A stretch of DNA of 32,000 bases from Vibrio cholerae ATCC 14035 (GCF_000621645.1 NZ_KK211323.1:1-32000); one strand, 5' to 3'; positions 1-9,854 are shown, numbered from the stretch's first letter. Notes: generated by a model not told the origin, from the letters alone. Translations and numbers: made by a program.

Positions 1-85
<85 letters not shown>

Positions 86-157
86 AGGGTGTTTTCTTTT
101 CATTTTCTGAAAAGCTTAAGTGATGTTTTCCCAACACATCGCTCAAGTGCGGAGCGC

Positions 158-185
158 ATCTTATCAAACTCGCTCTCTCTGTAAA
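158..185 (-). promoter_or_regulatory. Candidate sigma70 promoter for the tRNA-Tyr gene, with a GC-rich discriminator
   Basis: The minus strand reads gctAAAAAAAcag-TTTACA (185-180), a 16-nt spacer, TAAGAT (163-158), then GCGCTCCGC. This gives an A-tract UP-like element, a near-consensus -35, a reasonable -10 and a GCGC discriminator, like the E. coli tyrT layout. It implies a leader of about 65 nt before the mature 5' end at 85. Confidence 0.4.
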
Positions 186-370
186 CTGTTTTTTTAGCAA
201 ATTGAATCGAATGATGGCTTTTTGGGCAAAGACGCAAATAATTGACCATTTTAGCTGCTTAAGTCACAGCGAACCTTACACTTTTACTGGCAATCTTTAC
301 GTTCCTTGACGTTTCAGTTGCGTATAACTCGCTACAATATAAACGGATTTTTTAGACACTAAGCCAAATC

Positions 371-1429
371 ATGAACAAAAACACTGTACTTTCATTGACC
401 TTACTGACCCTGCTAATGAACAGCGCTGTGCTATCGGCCAAAGAGCCGAACCAGCCGCCCGCGATTTCTGTTGTGACAGAGTCGGTTCAATCTCAGCAAA
501 TTTCTCAATCTCTTTCTGTTGTGGGTAAGCTTAAAGCCGAGCAATCGGTCGACATTGCCGCTGAAGTGGCGGGTAAAGTGGACATGATTGCGGTGCAAGC
601 CAATCAGCAAGTTAAAAAAGGTCAGATTCTGATCAAATTGGATGATGACAAAGCTCAAGCGGCCTTGGTGGAAGCTAAAGCTTATTTACAAGATGAGCAG
701 CGTAAACTGACGGAATACGAGCGCTTGCTAAAACGTAATGCGATTACGCCCACGGAAATTGATGCACAGCGCGCCCGAGTGGAGATTGGTCAAGCGAGAT
801 TGAATGCCGCTCAGGCCAATTTGGCCGATTTACACATTACTGCTCCTTTTGATGGCACGGTTGGGTTTATCGATTTTAGCCGCGGTAAGTGGGTGAGTGC
901 GGGCTCTGAATTACTGACGCTGGATAATCTTTCCTTGATGCGGCTCGACCTGCAAATTCCAGAACGTTATCTGCCACAGTTAAGCAAGGGCATGAAGGTG
1001 CAAGGCAGTAGCGAAGCGTGGCCAAACGTGCAGTTTGAAGGTTCGGTGGTGGCTGTGGATTCGCGTATCAATCAAGAAACCTTAAATTTACGAGTGCGCG
1101 TGCATTTCCCCAATCCAGATCAGCGCCTCAAGCCGGGCATGTTGATGTCGGCACGCATCCATTTCCCCGCTATTAGTGCGCCGATTATTCCTGTGCAGGC
1201 CCTTGAGTACTCCGGCACCAAACGTTTTGTTTACGTGATTGGTGAAGACAATGTAGCCAAACGACGTGAAGTGAGCCTGGGCGCTCGGGTTGAAAATCAG
1301 GTCGTGATTGAGAAAGGCTTACAGATTGGCGAGAAAATTGTCGTTCAAGGCATAGTCAATATGCGTGACAACGCGCGTGTTAGCGAAGTCACCGTAGAAG
1401 GGCGTCCGCTGAAGAAGGATGACAAATAA
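371..1429 (+). CDS. vexG: RND efflux membrane-fusion (periplasmic adaptor, HlyD/AcrA family) protein
   Basis: 352-aa ORF with an N-terminal hydrophobic signal/anchor, a coiled-coil segment (QDEQRKLTEYERLLKRNAITPTEIDAQRARVEIGQARLNAAQANL) and the adaptor motif ITAPFDGTVG. Its stop overlaps the ATG of the downstream RND pump (TAATG at 1427-1431). The symbol is assigned by synteny, from memory: vexGH = VC0913-VC0914, next to vpsU. Confidence 0.9.
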   Translation: MNKNTVLSLTLLTLLMNSAVLSAKEPNQPPAISVVTESVQSQQISQSLSVVGKLKAEQSVDIAAEVAGKVDMIAVQANQQVKKGQILIKLDDDKAQAALVEAKAYLQDEQRKLTEYERLLKRNAITPTEIDAQRARVEIGQARLNAAQANLADLHITAPFDGTVGFIDFSRGKWVSAGSELLTLDNLSLMRLDLQIPERYLPQLSKGMKVQGSSEAWPNVQFEGSVVAVDSRINQETLNLRVRVHFPNPDQRLKPGMLMSARIHFPAISAPIIPVQALEYSGTKRFVYVIGEDNVAKRREVSLGARVENQVVIEKGLQIGEKIVVQGIVNMRDNARVSEVTVEGRPLKKDDK

Positions 1430-4400
1430 TGTGGTTGTCAGATGTATCGGTAAAGCGCCCTGTCGCAGCGTTAGTACTGAGTATGTTGCTGTGCGTGTTT
1501 GGTGTGGTCTCTTTCACTAAACTTGCAGTACGTGAAATGCCGGATATTGAAAGCCCTGTGGTATCGGTTTCCACCCGTTATCAAGGCGCTTCGGCCACCA
1601 TTATTGAAAGTCAGATCACCAGCGTGCTAGAGGATCAATTAGCGGGCATCAGTGGGATTGATGAGATTACCTCAGTTAGCCGCAACGGAATGTCTCGTAT
1701 CACGGTGACCTTCGAGCTTGGTTATGATCTCAATACCGGTGTGAGTGACATTCGTGATGCGGTGGCTCGGGCGCAGCGTTCACTGCCTGAAGAAGCGGAC
1801 GATCCGCAGGTGTTCAAGAATAATGGCTCTGGTCAGGCGTCGGTCTATATCAATCTCAGCTCCTCAGAAATGGATCGCACTCAGTTGACCGATTACATCG
1901 AGCGGGTGTTGCTCGATCGGTTTAGCTTGATCTCCGGTGTGAGTTCGGTGGATGTCTCTGGCGGCCTCTATAAAGTGATGTATGTACGCATCAAGCCAGA
2001 ACTGATGGCGGGGCGCGGCGTTGCGACCAGCGATATTTCTGATGCACTCAACAAAGAGAACCTCGAAAGTCCCGGAGGTCAGGTTCGCAACGATTCGACC
2101 GTGATGTCGGTGCGTACCGCGCGCGGTTATCAATCTGCTGAAGATTTTGAGTATCTGGTGGTGAAACGTGCCAGTGATGGTACCCCCATCTACCTCAAAG
2201 ATGTCGCGGATGTGTTTATTGGGGCGGAAAACGAAAACTCGACCTTTAAAAGTGATGGCATCGTCAACGTGAGCATGGGGATTGTGCCGCAATCCGACGC
2301 GAACCCGCTGGAAGTGGCGAAGCGCGTGCATGAAGAAGTGGATAAGGTTCAGCAGTTTTTACCCAAGGGTACCCGTTTAGCCATTGACTATGACTCAACG
2401 GTGTTTATTGAGCGCTCAATAAGCGAGGTGTATAGCACACTCTTTATCACGGGTGGCTTAGTGATTTTGGTGTTGTACATTTTTATCGGCCAGTTGCGAG
2501 CCACCTTAATTCCTGCGGTAACGGTTCCGGTTTCGCTGATCTCGGCCTTTATGGCTGCGTACTACTTCGGATTTTCTATTAACCTCATCACCTTAATGGC
2601 GCTGATCTTATCGATTGGTCTGGTGGTCGATGATGCCATCGTGGTCGTTGAAAATATTTTTCACCACATTGAACGGGGCGAAAAACCTCTTTTAGCCGCC
2701 TACAAAGGTACACGAGAAGTTGGCTTTGCCGTGATAGCCACGACTTTGGTACTGGTGATGGTGTTTCTGCCGATCTCGTTTATGGACGGGATGGTCGGAC
2801 TCCTGTTTACTGAATTCTCCGTACTACTGGCGATGGCAGTGATTTTCTCTTCTCTGATCGCGTTAACGCTGACGCCAGTGCTTGGCAGTAAGCTTTTAAA
2901 AGCCAATGTAAAACCGGGACGCTTTAATCAGTTGATTGATAGGCTGTTCGCACGACTGGAATCGGGCTATCGCCAAGTGGTAAGCCGAGCCATTCGTTGG
3001 CGTTGGGCGGCGCCGGTTGTGATTGCGGCTTGTATTGGTGGTAGTTATGGTTTGATGCAACTGGTGCCAGCTCAGCTAACCCCTTCCGAAGATCGCGGTG
3101 TGATTTTCTCTTTTGTGCGTGGTGCTGATGCCACCAGTTATAACCGCATGGCGGCTAATATGGATTTGGTTGAGCAGCGGTTGATGCCCTTATTGGGTCA
3201 AGGCTTTTTGAAATCGTTTAGTATTCAATCACCTGCTTTTGGTGGTAACGCCGGTGACCAAACCGGTTTCGTGATCATGATCCTTGAGGATTGGAATGAT
3301 CGCACCGTTACTGCTCAGGAAGCATTAAGCCAAGTACGTAAAGCCTTAGCGGGCATTCCTGATGTGCGGGTATTCCCATTCATGCCCGGTTTTCGTGGGG
3401 GCTCTAATGAGCCTGTACAGTTTGTGCTTGGTGGCTCGGATTATAGCGAGCTCAAAACGTGGGCTGAGAAGTTAGAAGAGGAAGCGGAGAAGTCACCGTT
3501 TATGACGGGGGCTGATATCGATTACTCAGAAAAAACGCCAGAGTTGGTGGTGACGATTGATAAGCAGCGCGCGGCGGAATTAGGAATCAGCGTAAAATCG
3601 ATCTCCGATACACTAGAGGTGATGCTGGGTGGCAAAAAAGTGACGACCTTCGTTGAGCGTGGTGAAGAGTATGATGTGTATCTGCGTGGGGATGAAAACA
3701 GCTTCAACAATGCGGCGGATTTAAGCCAAATCTATATGCGAACCGCAACCGGTGAACTGGTGACACTGGATACGGTGACGCGTATTGATGAAGTGGCGTC
3801 AGCGATTCGTTTGGCGCACTACAATAAACAGAAATCCGTTACCATTACCGCAAACCTAGAAGCTGGGTACACGTTAGGGCAAGCGCTCGATTTTCTTGAC
3901 CAAAAAGCGCAAGAGATACTGCCAAATGATATCTCCGTTAGCTACTCGGGGGAGTCGAAAGATTTCAAAGAGAACCAATCAAGCGTAGCCATTGTGTTTG
4001 CTCTGGCGCTGCTGGTTGCTTATTTGGTGCTGGCTGCTCAGTTTGAAAGCTTTATCAACCCGCTGGTGGTAATGCTGACGGTACCTATGGGAGTATTTGG
4101 CGGTTTCCTTGGGCTGTTTGTTATGGGACAAGGGATGAACATTTACAGCCAGATTAGCATGATCATGCTGATTGGTATGGTCACCAAAAATGGCATTTTG
4201 ATTGTCGAATTTGCTAACCAACTGCGTGATCGCGGTGTTGAGTTTGAAAAGGCGATCATTGATGCATCGGCGCGCCGTTTGCGTCCAATCCTGATGACGG
4301 CTTTTACGACACTGGCTGGCTCTATTCCTTTGATCGTCTCAACAGGTGCAGGCTATGAGAGCCGAATTGCGGTCGGTACGGTGATTTTCTTTGGGATGGG

Positions 4401-4539
4401 GTTTGCAACCTTAGTGACCTTGTTGGTGATTCCTGCCATGTATCGCTTGATTTCCGGTTCAACCCAAGCCCCCGGTCATGTTGAAGCAGAGCTCAACCAT
4501 GAGCTGCAACAAGATGTGAAAGGCCGCGCTCAACACTAA
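1429..4539 (+). CDS. vexH: RND (AcrB/HAE1-type) inner-membrane multidrug efflux pump
   Basis: 1036-aa ORF with a typical RND N-terminus (VKRPVAALVLSMLL), two large periplasmic loops, about 12 TM segments and the TM4 motif GLVVDDAIVVVENI. It is translationally coupled to the adaptor gene. Confidence 0.93.
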   Translation: MWLSDVSVKRPVAALVLSMLLCVFGVVSFTKLAVREMPDIESPVVSVSTRYQGASATIIESQITSVLEDQLAGISGIDEITSVSRNGMSRITVTFELGYDLNTGVSDIRDAVARAQRSLPEEADDPQVFKNNGSGQASVYINLSSSEMDRTQLTDYIERVLLDRFSLISGVSSVDVSGGLYKVMYVRIKPELMAGRGVATSDISDALNKENLESPGGQVRNDSTVMSVRTARGYQSAEDFEYLVVKRASDGTPIYLKDVADVFIGAENENSTFKSDGIVNVSMGIVPQSDANPLEVAKRVHEEVDKVQQFLPKGTRLAIDYDSTVFIERSISEVYSTLFITGGLVILVLYIFIGQLRATLIPAVTVPVSLISAFMAAYYFGFSINLITLMALILSIGLVVDDAIVVVENIFHHIERGEKPLLAAYKGTREVGFAVIATTLVLVMVFLPISFMDGMVGLLFTEFSVLLAMAVIFSSLIALTLTPVLGSKLLKANVKPGRFNQLIDRLFARLESGYRQVVSRAIRWRWAAPVVIAACIGGSYGLMQLVPAQLTPSEDRGVIFSFVRGADATSYNRMAANMDLVEQRLMPLLGQGFLKSFSIQSPAFGGNAGDQTGFVIMILEDWNDRTVTAQEALSQVRKALAGIPDVRVFPFMPGFRGGSNEPVQFVLGGSDYSELKTWAEKLEEEAEKSPFMTGADIDYSEKTPELVVTIDKQRAAELGISVKSISDTLEVMLGGKKVTTFVERGEEYDVYLRGDENSFNNAADLSQIYMRTATGELVTLDTVTRIDEVASAIRLAHYNKQKSVTITANLEAGYTLGQALDFLDQKAQEILPNDISVSYSGESKDFKENQSSVAIVFALALLVAYLVLAAQFESFINPLVVMLTVPMGVFGGFLGLFVMGQGMNIYSQISMIMLIGMVTKNGILIVEFANQLRDRGVEFEKAIIDASARRLRPILMTAFTTLAGSIPLIVSTGAGYESRIAVGTVIFFGMGFATLVTLLVIPAMYRLISGSTQAPGHVEAELNHELQQDVKGRAQH

Positions 4540-4588
4540 AATTGGTTATCCCATCGCTTTGTACGGTGGGAAGATTTATATCTGCTGC

Positions 4589-4632
4589 AATGGATGGATA
4601 TTGTTGTATTAGCAATATCCATCCATTTTTTG
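4589..4632 (+). terminator. Rho-independent terminator after vexH
   Basis: Perfect 15-bp stem AATGGATGGATATTG (4589-4603) / CAATATCCATCCATT (4613-4627) with a 9-nt loop, followed by a T-run (ttttttg). Confidence 0.75.
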
Positions 4633-4965
4633 TTTTCCTATCCTTATCCTATTGATGCAGCCGTGTTATTTACGTTGATGATTATGCACTCGATGACCAC
4701 CTAGCTGCAACTTTAAGTCTTTTGGGCATTTAACGAAGATGTCAACCTTCATTTATTAGTAAATATGCCCTGTCGTATTATTGATTCAAATCGATGGCTT
4801 TTAATACTAATACAATAAATAAAACTACTTTCATTTTACTGCTTTAGTTCTAATTAATATCCAGCTCAATTATGAGACAGACATTATTGGTAAGCTTGGG
4901 ATACTCTGATAATGAGTAGATTGCGTATTACTTTAACAATATTAAATCATGTGCGTAGTTAGGGT

Positions 4966-5466
4966 ATGAAGGTTAAAGGTTTATCAGTATTAGTCGTGTG
5001 TACAGGTAATTTGTGTCGTTCGCCAATGGCAGAGATTATTTTACGCGATAAGATTCGGCAAAAACGCTTGAATATCCAAGTGCGTAGTGCTGGCACGCTA
5101 AAGACAGGAAAAACAATGCCTGATGATAAAGCGTTACAAGCGTTACAGGATTATGGGTATCACCCTATGGTCAACCCAGTCCAGCAAGTGACTCAACAAG
5201 ACTTTATCGAGCATGATTTTATCTATGCAATGGATAGGACCAATCTTGCTGATTTACTCGATATTTGTCCTGCTGAGCATAAAAACAAGCTGGCTCTTTT
5301 TCTTAGCAAGGCGAATCGACAAGAAAAAGAAGTACCCGATCCTTATCGGCGTAGTAGTGAATTTTTCCAACGTACAGCTTTGTTGATTGAATCTGGAGCG
5401 GTGGCTTTGGTTGATTCTTGGCAAGAGCAGGGGATAAATGCGTGCAACGAAAATTTATCTCAATAA
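4966..5466 (+). CDS. vpsU: Low-molecular-weight protein tyrosine phosphatase (Wzb-like)
   Basis: 166-aa ORF with the LMW-PTP P-loop VCTGNLCRSPMAE (C-X5-R-S) near the N-terminus and the DPY general-acid motif (VPDPYRR). It lies upstream of vpsA. Confidence 0.92.
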   Translation: MKVKGLSVLVVCTGNLCRSPMAEIILRDKIRQKRLNIQVRSAGTLKTGKTMPDDKALQALQDYGYHPMVNPVQQVTQQDFIEHDFIYAMDRTNLADLLDICPAEHKNKLALFLSKANRQEKEVPDPYRRSSEFFQRTALLIESGAVALVDSWQEQGINACNENLSQ

Positions 5467-5510
5467 CTTAGTCGCTTTTGGGTGTGTCTAAAAGATAAGT
5501 TGGAATGAAA

Positions 5511-5550
5511 ATAAACTAAAGTTTATATCGCGCTTAAACTATATGTTTAT
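5511..5550. promoter_or_regulatory. Two adjacent dyad boxes upstream of vpsA (candidate VpsR/VpsT-type operator)
   Basis: ATAAAC-TAAA-GTTTAT at 5511-5526 and TAAAC-TATAT-GTTTA at 5535-5549. The 15-mer TAAACTAAAGTTTAT is identical to one upstream of vpsL (25290-25304), and the same half-sites recur upstream of rbmA (17255-17270). Confidence 0.45.
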
Positions 5551-5704
5551 TTTTCTGTTCCTTTAAGAAGGCCATAAATTTTCAAGTAAATAAGATTGTT
5601 TATAACGACGAATTTAAATAATAAGCTGACATACATGGGTAATCTCCCTCGTTGAGATTTAATACAACAACACGAAATAATTCAGTGTTCGCTTATGTAT
5701 ATGT

Positions 5705-5769
5705 TCCTCATTTAAGGAGCAGTGGGACTTTATTGCTTGAATTTTGTGAAATTTCTTTTTTAAAGAGGA
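5705..5769 (+). promoter_or_regulatory. Possible SD-sequestering leader helix for vpsA
   Basis: TCCTC-a-TTTAA (5705-5715) is complementary to TTAAAGAGGA (5760-5769), which contains the vpsA SD GAGGA 9 nt upstream of GTG 5779. This gives 10 bp with one bulged A, extendable by G-U pairs. A local AAGGAG (5714-5719) can act as an SD mimic. Confidence 0.3.
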
Positions 5770-5778
5770 TGTGGGGAA

Positions 5779-6897
5779 GTGAAAAAAGTTCTCATCGTAT
5801 TTGGTACGCGCCCAGAGGCAATCAAAATGGCACCTCTGGTGCAGCAACTCTGTCAAGACAATCGTTTTGTCGCCAAGGTATGTGTAACGGGCCAACACCG
5901 TGAGATGTTAGATCAGGTATTAGAGCTGTTTTCGATTACGCCTGATTTTGATCTCAACATCATGGAGCCTGGGCAAACACTCAATGGCGTGACCAGCAAA
6001 ATTTTGCTCGGTATGCAGCAAGTGTTGAGTAGTGAACAGCCAGATGTGGTTTTAGTGCATGGTGATACCGCTACCACGTTTGCTGCCTCTTTAGCCGCGT
6101 ATTATCAACAAATTCCGGTAGGTCATGTTGAAGCGGGTTTGAGAACGGGCAATATCTATTCCCCTTGGCCTGAAGAGGGCAACCGCAAACTCACGGCCGC
6201 ACTCACGCAGTACCACTTTGCACCTACAGATACTTCGCGTGCCAATCTGCTGCAAGAAAACTACAACGCAGAGAATATTTTCGTCACTGGTAATACGGTG
6301 ATTGATGCGTTGTTGGCTGTGCGTGAAAAGATCCATACCGATATGGATCTGCAAGCCACTCTAGAGAGTCAGTTTCCAATGCTTGATGCGAGCAAAAAGC
6401 TGATTCTGGTAACAGGACACCGCCGTGAAAGTTTTGGTGGTGGCTTTGAGCGTATTTGCCAAGCGCTGATCACTACCGCAGAGCAGCATCCCGAATGCCA
6501 AATTTTGTATCCCGTGCATCTCAATCCGAATGTGCGTGAACCGGTCAATAAGCTCCTAAAAGGTGTCAGCAATATTGTCTTGATTGAACCGCAGCAGTAT
6601 TTGCCTTTCGTTTACTTGATGGATCGCGCACACATTATTTTGACTGACTCTGGCGGCATTCAAGAAGAGGCGCCCTCGCTGGGTAAGCCAGTGCTGGTGA
6701 TGCGTGAAACGACTGAGCGCCCTGAAGCGGTGGCTGCGGGCACGGTGAAATTAGTCGGTACCAACCAACAACAAATTTGTGATGCGTTAAGCTTACTACT
6801 GACTGACCCACAGGCTTATCAAGCCATGAGTCAGGCACACAACCCTTATGGGGATGGTAAAGCCTGTCAACGTATTGCGGACATTTTAGCGAAATAG
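5779..6897 (+). CDS. vpsA: UDP-N-acetylglucosamine 2-epimerase (WecB family)
   Basis: 372-aa ORF with a GTG start and WecB signatures: [21 protein letters not shown] and [27 protein letters not shown]. Confidence 0.95.
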   Translation: MKKVLIVFGTRPEAIKMAPLVQQLCQDNRFVAKVCVTGQHREMLDQVLELFSITPDFDLNIMEPGQTLNGVTSKILLGMQQVLSSEQPDVVLVHGDTATTFAASLAAYYQQIPVGHVEAGLRTGNIYSPWPEEGNRKLTAALTQYHFAPTDTSRANLLQENYNAENIFVTGNTVIDALLAVREKIHTDMDLQATLESQFPMLDASKKLILVTGHRRESFGGGFERICQALITTAEQHPECQILYPVHLNPNVREPVNKLLKGVSNIVLIEPQQYLPFVYLMDRAHIILTDSGGIQEEAPSLGKPVLVMRETTERPEAVAAGTVKLVGTNQQQICDALSLLLTDPQAYQAMSQAHNPYGDGKACQRIADILAK

Positions 6898-6916
6898 ACT
6901 CATCAGGGGATGACAG

Positions 6917-8158
6917 ATGTTTAATAAAGTTTCAGTGATTGGCCTAGGTTATATTGGTCTGCCAACAGCAGCCGTTTTGGCCTCTCGTGGTTTGGATGTG
7001 GTCGGTGTTGATGTCAACGCCCATGCAGTGGATACCATCAACAAAGGCGAGATTCACATTGTGGAGCCGGATCTTGATATCGTGGTACGCAGTGCTGTCA
7101 TGACCGGGAAACTCAAAGCGACATTAACAGCTGAGCCTGCCGATGCGTTTTTGGTGGCCGTTCCTACACCTTTTAAAGGGGATAACCACGAACCTGATCT
7201 TAGCTACATTGAAGCGGCGGCAAAAACCATCGCTCCCGTTCTTGCTAAAGGGAACTTGGTGGTTCTAGAGAGTACTTCCCCAGTAGGCACAACCGAAAAA
7301 TTGGCGCAATGGCTTGCAGAAGCGCGTCCGGATCTGACGTTTCCTCAGCAAAAAGGCATCGCTGCGGATGTGAAGATTGCGTACTGCCCAGAGCGTGTGT
7401 TGCCGGGTTATGTCCTACAAGAGCTTGTGAGTAATGACCGCGTGATTGGTGGCGTGAGTAAGGCTTGTAGCGAAAAGGCTGTTGCCCTGTACAAAACCTT
7501 TGTAAAAGGTGAGTGCATTGTCACCAATGCGCGTACGGCGGAAATGGCTAAATTAACCGAAAACTCATTCCGTGATGTCAACATTGCCTTTGCCAATGAA
7601 CTCTCTTTGGTGTGCAACAAATTGAAAATCAATGTATGGGAATTGATCCGCTTAGCCAACCGCCATCCTCGTGTGAGTATTCTTAACCCAGGTCCTGGTG
7701 TCGGTGGCCACTGTATTGCGGTTGATCCGTGGTTTATCGTTAATAGTTGTCCAGATGAAGCGCAATTGATCCGTACTGCACGTGAAGTCAATGATGGCAA
7801 ACCTCATTGGGTTGTGGATCAAGTTAAACAAGCGGCTGACCAATTCAAAAAGCCAATCATTGCTTGCCTAGGCTTAGCGTTTAAAGCGGATATTGATGAT
7901 CTGCGTGAAAGTCCAGCCTTGGATATCACTAAACATCTGGCTGAAAGCAAAGTGGGTCAGTTGTTGGCGGTTGAACCAAATATTACTGAACTACCTAGCA
8001 AACTTGCGAAGCAAGGTATCGAGTTGGTTTCTCTAGAGCGCGCGCTTGAGCTCGCCAATATCGTTGTCGTGCTGGTCGATCACAAAGAATTTAAAGCGGC
8101 GGATAAAACCGAGTTTGCTAAGAAAGTGGTGATTGATACTCGCGGAGTGGTGGCATGA
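6917..8158 (+). CDS. vpsB: UDP-N-acetyl-D-mannosamine dehydrogenase (WecC / UDP-sugar dehydrogenase family)
   Basis: 413-aa ORF with the N-terminal Rossmann motif VIGLGYIGLPTA and the catalytic-Cys motif GPGVGGHCIAVDP. An AGGGGA RBS lies 6 nt upstream of the ATG. Confidence 0.95.
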   Translation: MFNKVSVIGLGYIGLPTAAVLASRGLDVVGVDVNAHAVDTINKGEIHIVEPDLDIVVRSAVMTGKLKATLTAEPADAFLVAVPTPFKGDNHEPDLSYIEAAAKTIAPVLAKGNLVVLESTSPVGTTEKLAQWLAEARPDLTFPQQKGIAADVKIAYCPERVLPGYVLQELVSNDRVIGGVSKACSEKAVALYKTFVKGECIVTNARTAEMAKLTENSFRDVNIAFANELSLVCNKLKINVWELIRLANRHPRVSILNPGPGVGGHCIAVDPWFIVNSCPDEAQLIRTAREVNDGKPHWVVDQVKQAADQFKKPIIACLGLAFKADIDDLRESPALDITKHLAESKVGQLLAVEPNITELPSKLAKQGIELVSLERALELANIVVVLVDHKEFKAADKTEFAKKVVIDTRGVVA

Positions 8159-8709
8159 GTTCACCTTGGGAGCTGATTAAAGCTGATCTTTATCGGCATA
8201 CTGGGCAGGTAAGTATTGGGTTAGTCGTAAAGCACCTACTACTCAATGCGGGTTTCGCCTACATGTTCTGGTTTCGGTTATGTCGTAGTAAGAATGTGTT
8301 GATCCGCACTGTAGCTCGTCTTATGCATCGCATTCTGTCAGTGCGTTATCAGATCCAACTCCCAAAAGAGACTCAAGTCGGCCCGGGGTTATACCTCGGG
8401 CATGCCACTGGGGTCATTGTTAATAGTACCGCTAAGATTGGTGCCAATTGTAATTTGAGTCCCTTTACTGTGATTGGCTCAAATCAAGGACAAGCCGCAA
8501 CGGTAGGGGACTGTGTATATATTGGTCCGCATGTCTCGATCGTTGAAGATATCACGATTGGCGATGGTTCTATCATTGGTGCGGGGAGCGTCGTCATTCG
8601 TGATGTTCCCCCAAACTCGGTAGTCGTGGGTAACCCCGGACGCGTACTAACAAGACCAAGCCATAAAACCTATATTCGCCACCCCGCGCCATTGGAAAGT
8701 AAGTCATGA
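8155..8709 (+). CDS. vpsC: Hexapeptide-repeat (LbH) O-acetyltransferase, serine-acetyltransferase-like
   Basis: 184-aa ORF with left-handed beta-helix hexapeptide repeats (IGANCNL...VGDCVYIGPHVSIVEDITIGDGSIIGAGSVVIRDVPPNSVVVGNPGRV). Its start overlaps the vpsB stop (ATGA). Confidence 0.9.
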   Translation: MSSPWELIKADLYRHTGQVSIGLVVKHLLLNAGFAYMFWFRLCRSKNVLIRTVARLMHRILSVRYQIQLPKETQVGPGLYLGHATGVIVNSTAKIGANCNLSPFTVIGSNQGQAATVGDCVYIGPHVSIVEDITIGDGSIIGAGSVVIRDVPPNSVVVGNPGRVLTRPSHKTYIRHPAPLESKS

Positions 8710-9854
8710 GTAAAATATTGCTTATCATGCCACTCTCTACGCTCAATTGGGGGGAGAAAAATCTTGGTGGTGTGGATTCAGTATGCCAAATGTTGGTACG
8801 TCAACTCGCTCAGCAAGAGCGTCCATACCATTACCGAGTGTTAGCGTTTGATCCGCTCAACAATCACTCTTATTCAGGCGAGATTATCCAGTTGTCAAAA
8901 CATCTGGAAGTGGTGATTTGTCCGTTGCGGGAAAAGCGATTTGGGCTGCCTTTGCCTAGCTTATTATCCAATTGGCTCCGCATCCAAGAGCAACTGAAAG
9001 ACTATCAGCCAGATTTGGTTCACTCTCATCTCAACAGTTGGATGATGGGACTTGGGCAGAAAACTCGTAATGTGTTGACCTTGCATTCTTATCGCAAGAT
9101 TGGGCGTAAGCCAGTTTCAAAACTCAATGATTTTGTTTATGAACAAATCATTCCATGGGTAAGTCATTTTTCCGTCGATTTTTATACTTGTGTTGGCGAA
9201 GAGTTGCGTCAAGCGTTATCTCTGGAGACGAATAAGTCAATTCAAGTGATTGGCAATCCAGTCGATCCTGACTATTTCTCTGCCAACTCTGCGAACCAGA
9301 ATCTGCCCCAGAATGAAGTCAATTTAGTCACTTGTGCATTGATTACTCGACGCAAGCGTATTGATCGAGCCATTGTATTACTGCGTGAGCTAAAACAGCG
9401 AGGGCAAGCGGCTACTTTACGTATTATCGGACTCAATATGGATTCTGCTTATTACGCGCAATTGCAGCAATTGATCAAAGAGTATGAGCTTGAACAAGAT
9501 GTCATTTTTCTTGGCAAACTTAATCAGCGTGAAATTGTACAACAGTACCAACAAGCGAATATTGGAATATTTACGTCACAACAAGAAACGTTCGGCTTAG
9601 CGCCATTGGAAATGATGGCGGCGGGCTTGCCATTAATTAGTACTCCTGTCGGGATTTTAGGTGAACGGCAAGCAACGTTTGACCAGTTAGGGGTGGTTTT
9701 TATGCAAGAAGGGCAGGAAGCGATGATTGCTGAGCGAATCAGTCAGATAAAAATAACGGATACTCAAGCGATTCAAACCTATTTGCGCGATCAATTCGCA
9801 GTAGAAAATGTGATTGAACATTACCAGAATCTATATCGAGAGGTACTGAGTTGA
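8706..9854 (+). CDS. vpsD: GT4-family glycosyltransferase
   Basis: 382-aa ORF with the E-X7-E motif (ETFGLAPLE) followed by MMAAGLPLIST. It has an ATGA overlap with vpsC. Confidence 0.9.
   Translation: MSKILLIMPLSTLNWGEKNLGGVDSVCQMLVRQLAQQERPYHYRVLAFDPLNNHSYSGEIIQLSKHLEVVICPLREKRFGLPLPSLLSNWLRIQEQLKDYQPDLVHSHLNSWMMGLGQKTRNVLTLHSYRKIGRKPVSKLNDFVYEQIIPWVSHFSVDFYTCVGEELRQALSLETNKSIQVIGNPVDPDYFSANSANQNLPQNEVNLVTCALITRRKRIDRAIVLLRELKQRGQAATLRIIGLNMDSAYYAQLQQLIKEYELEQDVIFLGKLNQREIVQQYQQANIGIFTSQQETFGLAPLEMMAAGLPLISTPVGILGERQATFDQLGVVFMQEGQEAMIAERISQIKITDTQAIQTYLRDQFAVENVIEHYQNLYREVLS

Noticed and set aside
240-300. TTTAC repeats (minus strand GTAAA-N8-GTAAA-N3-GTAAG) upstream of vexG as a CpxR box, and AT-rich stretches (AATAATTGACCATTTT) as a Fur box.
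   Set aside because: The spacing does not fit the GTAAA-N5-GTAAA consensus I remember. The Fur-like stretch matches the 19-bp consensus poorly. Neither is supportable by eye.
1864-2331. A 155-aa antisense ORF inside vexH, plus the smaller antisense ORFs at 2700-2906, 3522-3710 and 3979-4221.
   Set aside because: They are fully embedded opposite a strongly supported RND pump gene. Their translations are Arg/His-rich and low-complexity, with no motifs or RBS. They are typical shadow ORFs.
5652-5903. ORFs of 83 aa (+) and 79 aa (-) spanning the vpsA leader and start.
   Set aside because: They lie in the AT-rich regulatory region, overlap the well-supported vpsA start, and have no RBS or recognisable protein features.
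7408-7843. Antisense ORFs of 130 aa and 63 aa inside vpsB.
   Set aside because: They are shadow ORFs opposite a conserved dehydrogenase gene, and their translations look non-protein-like.
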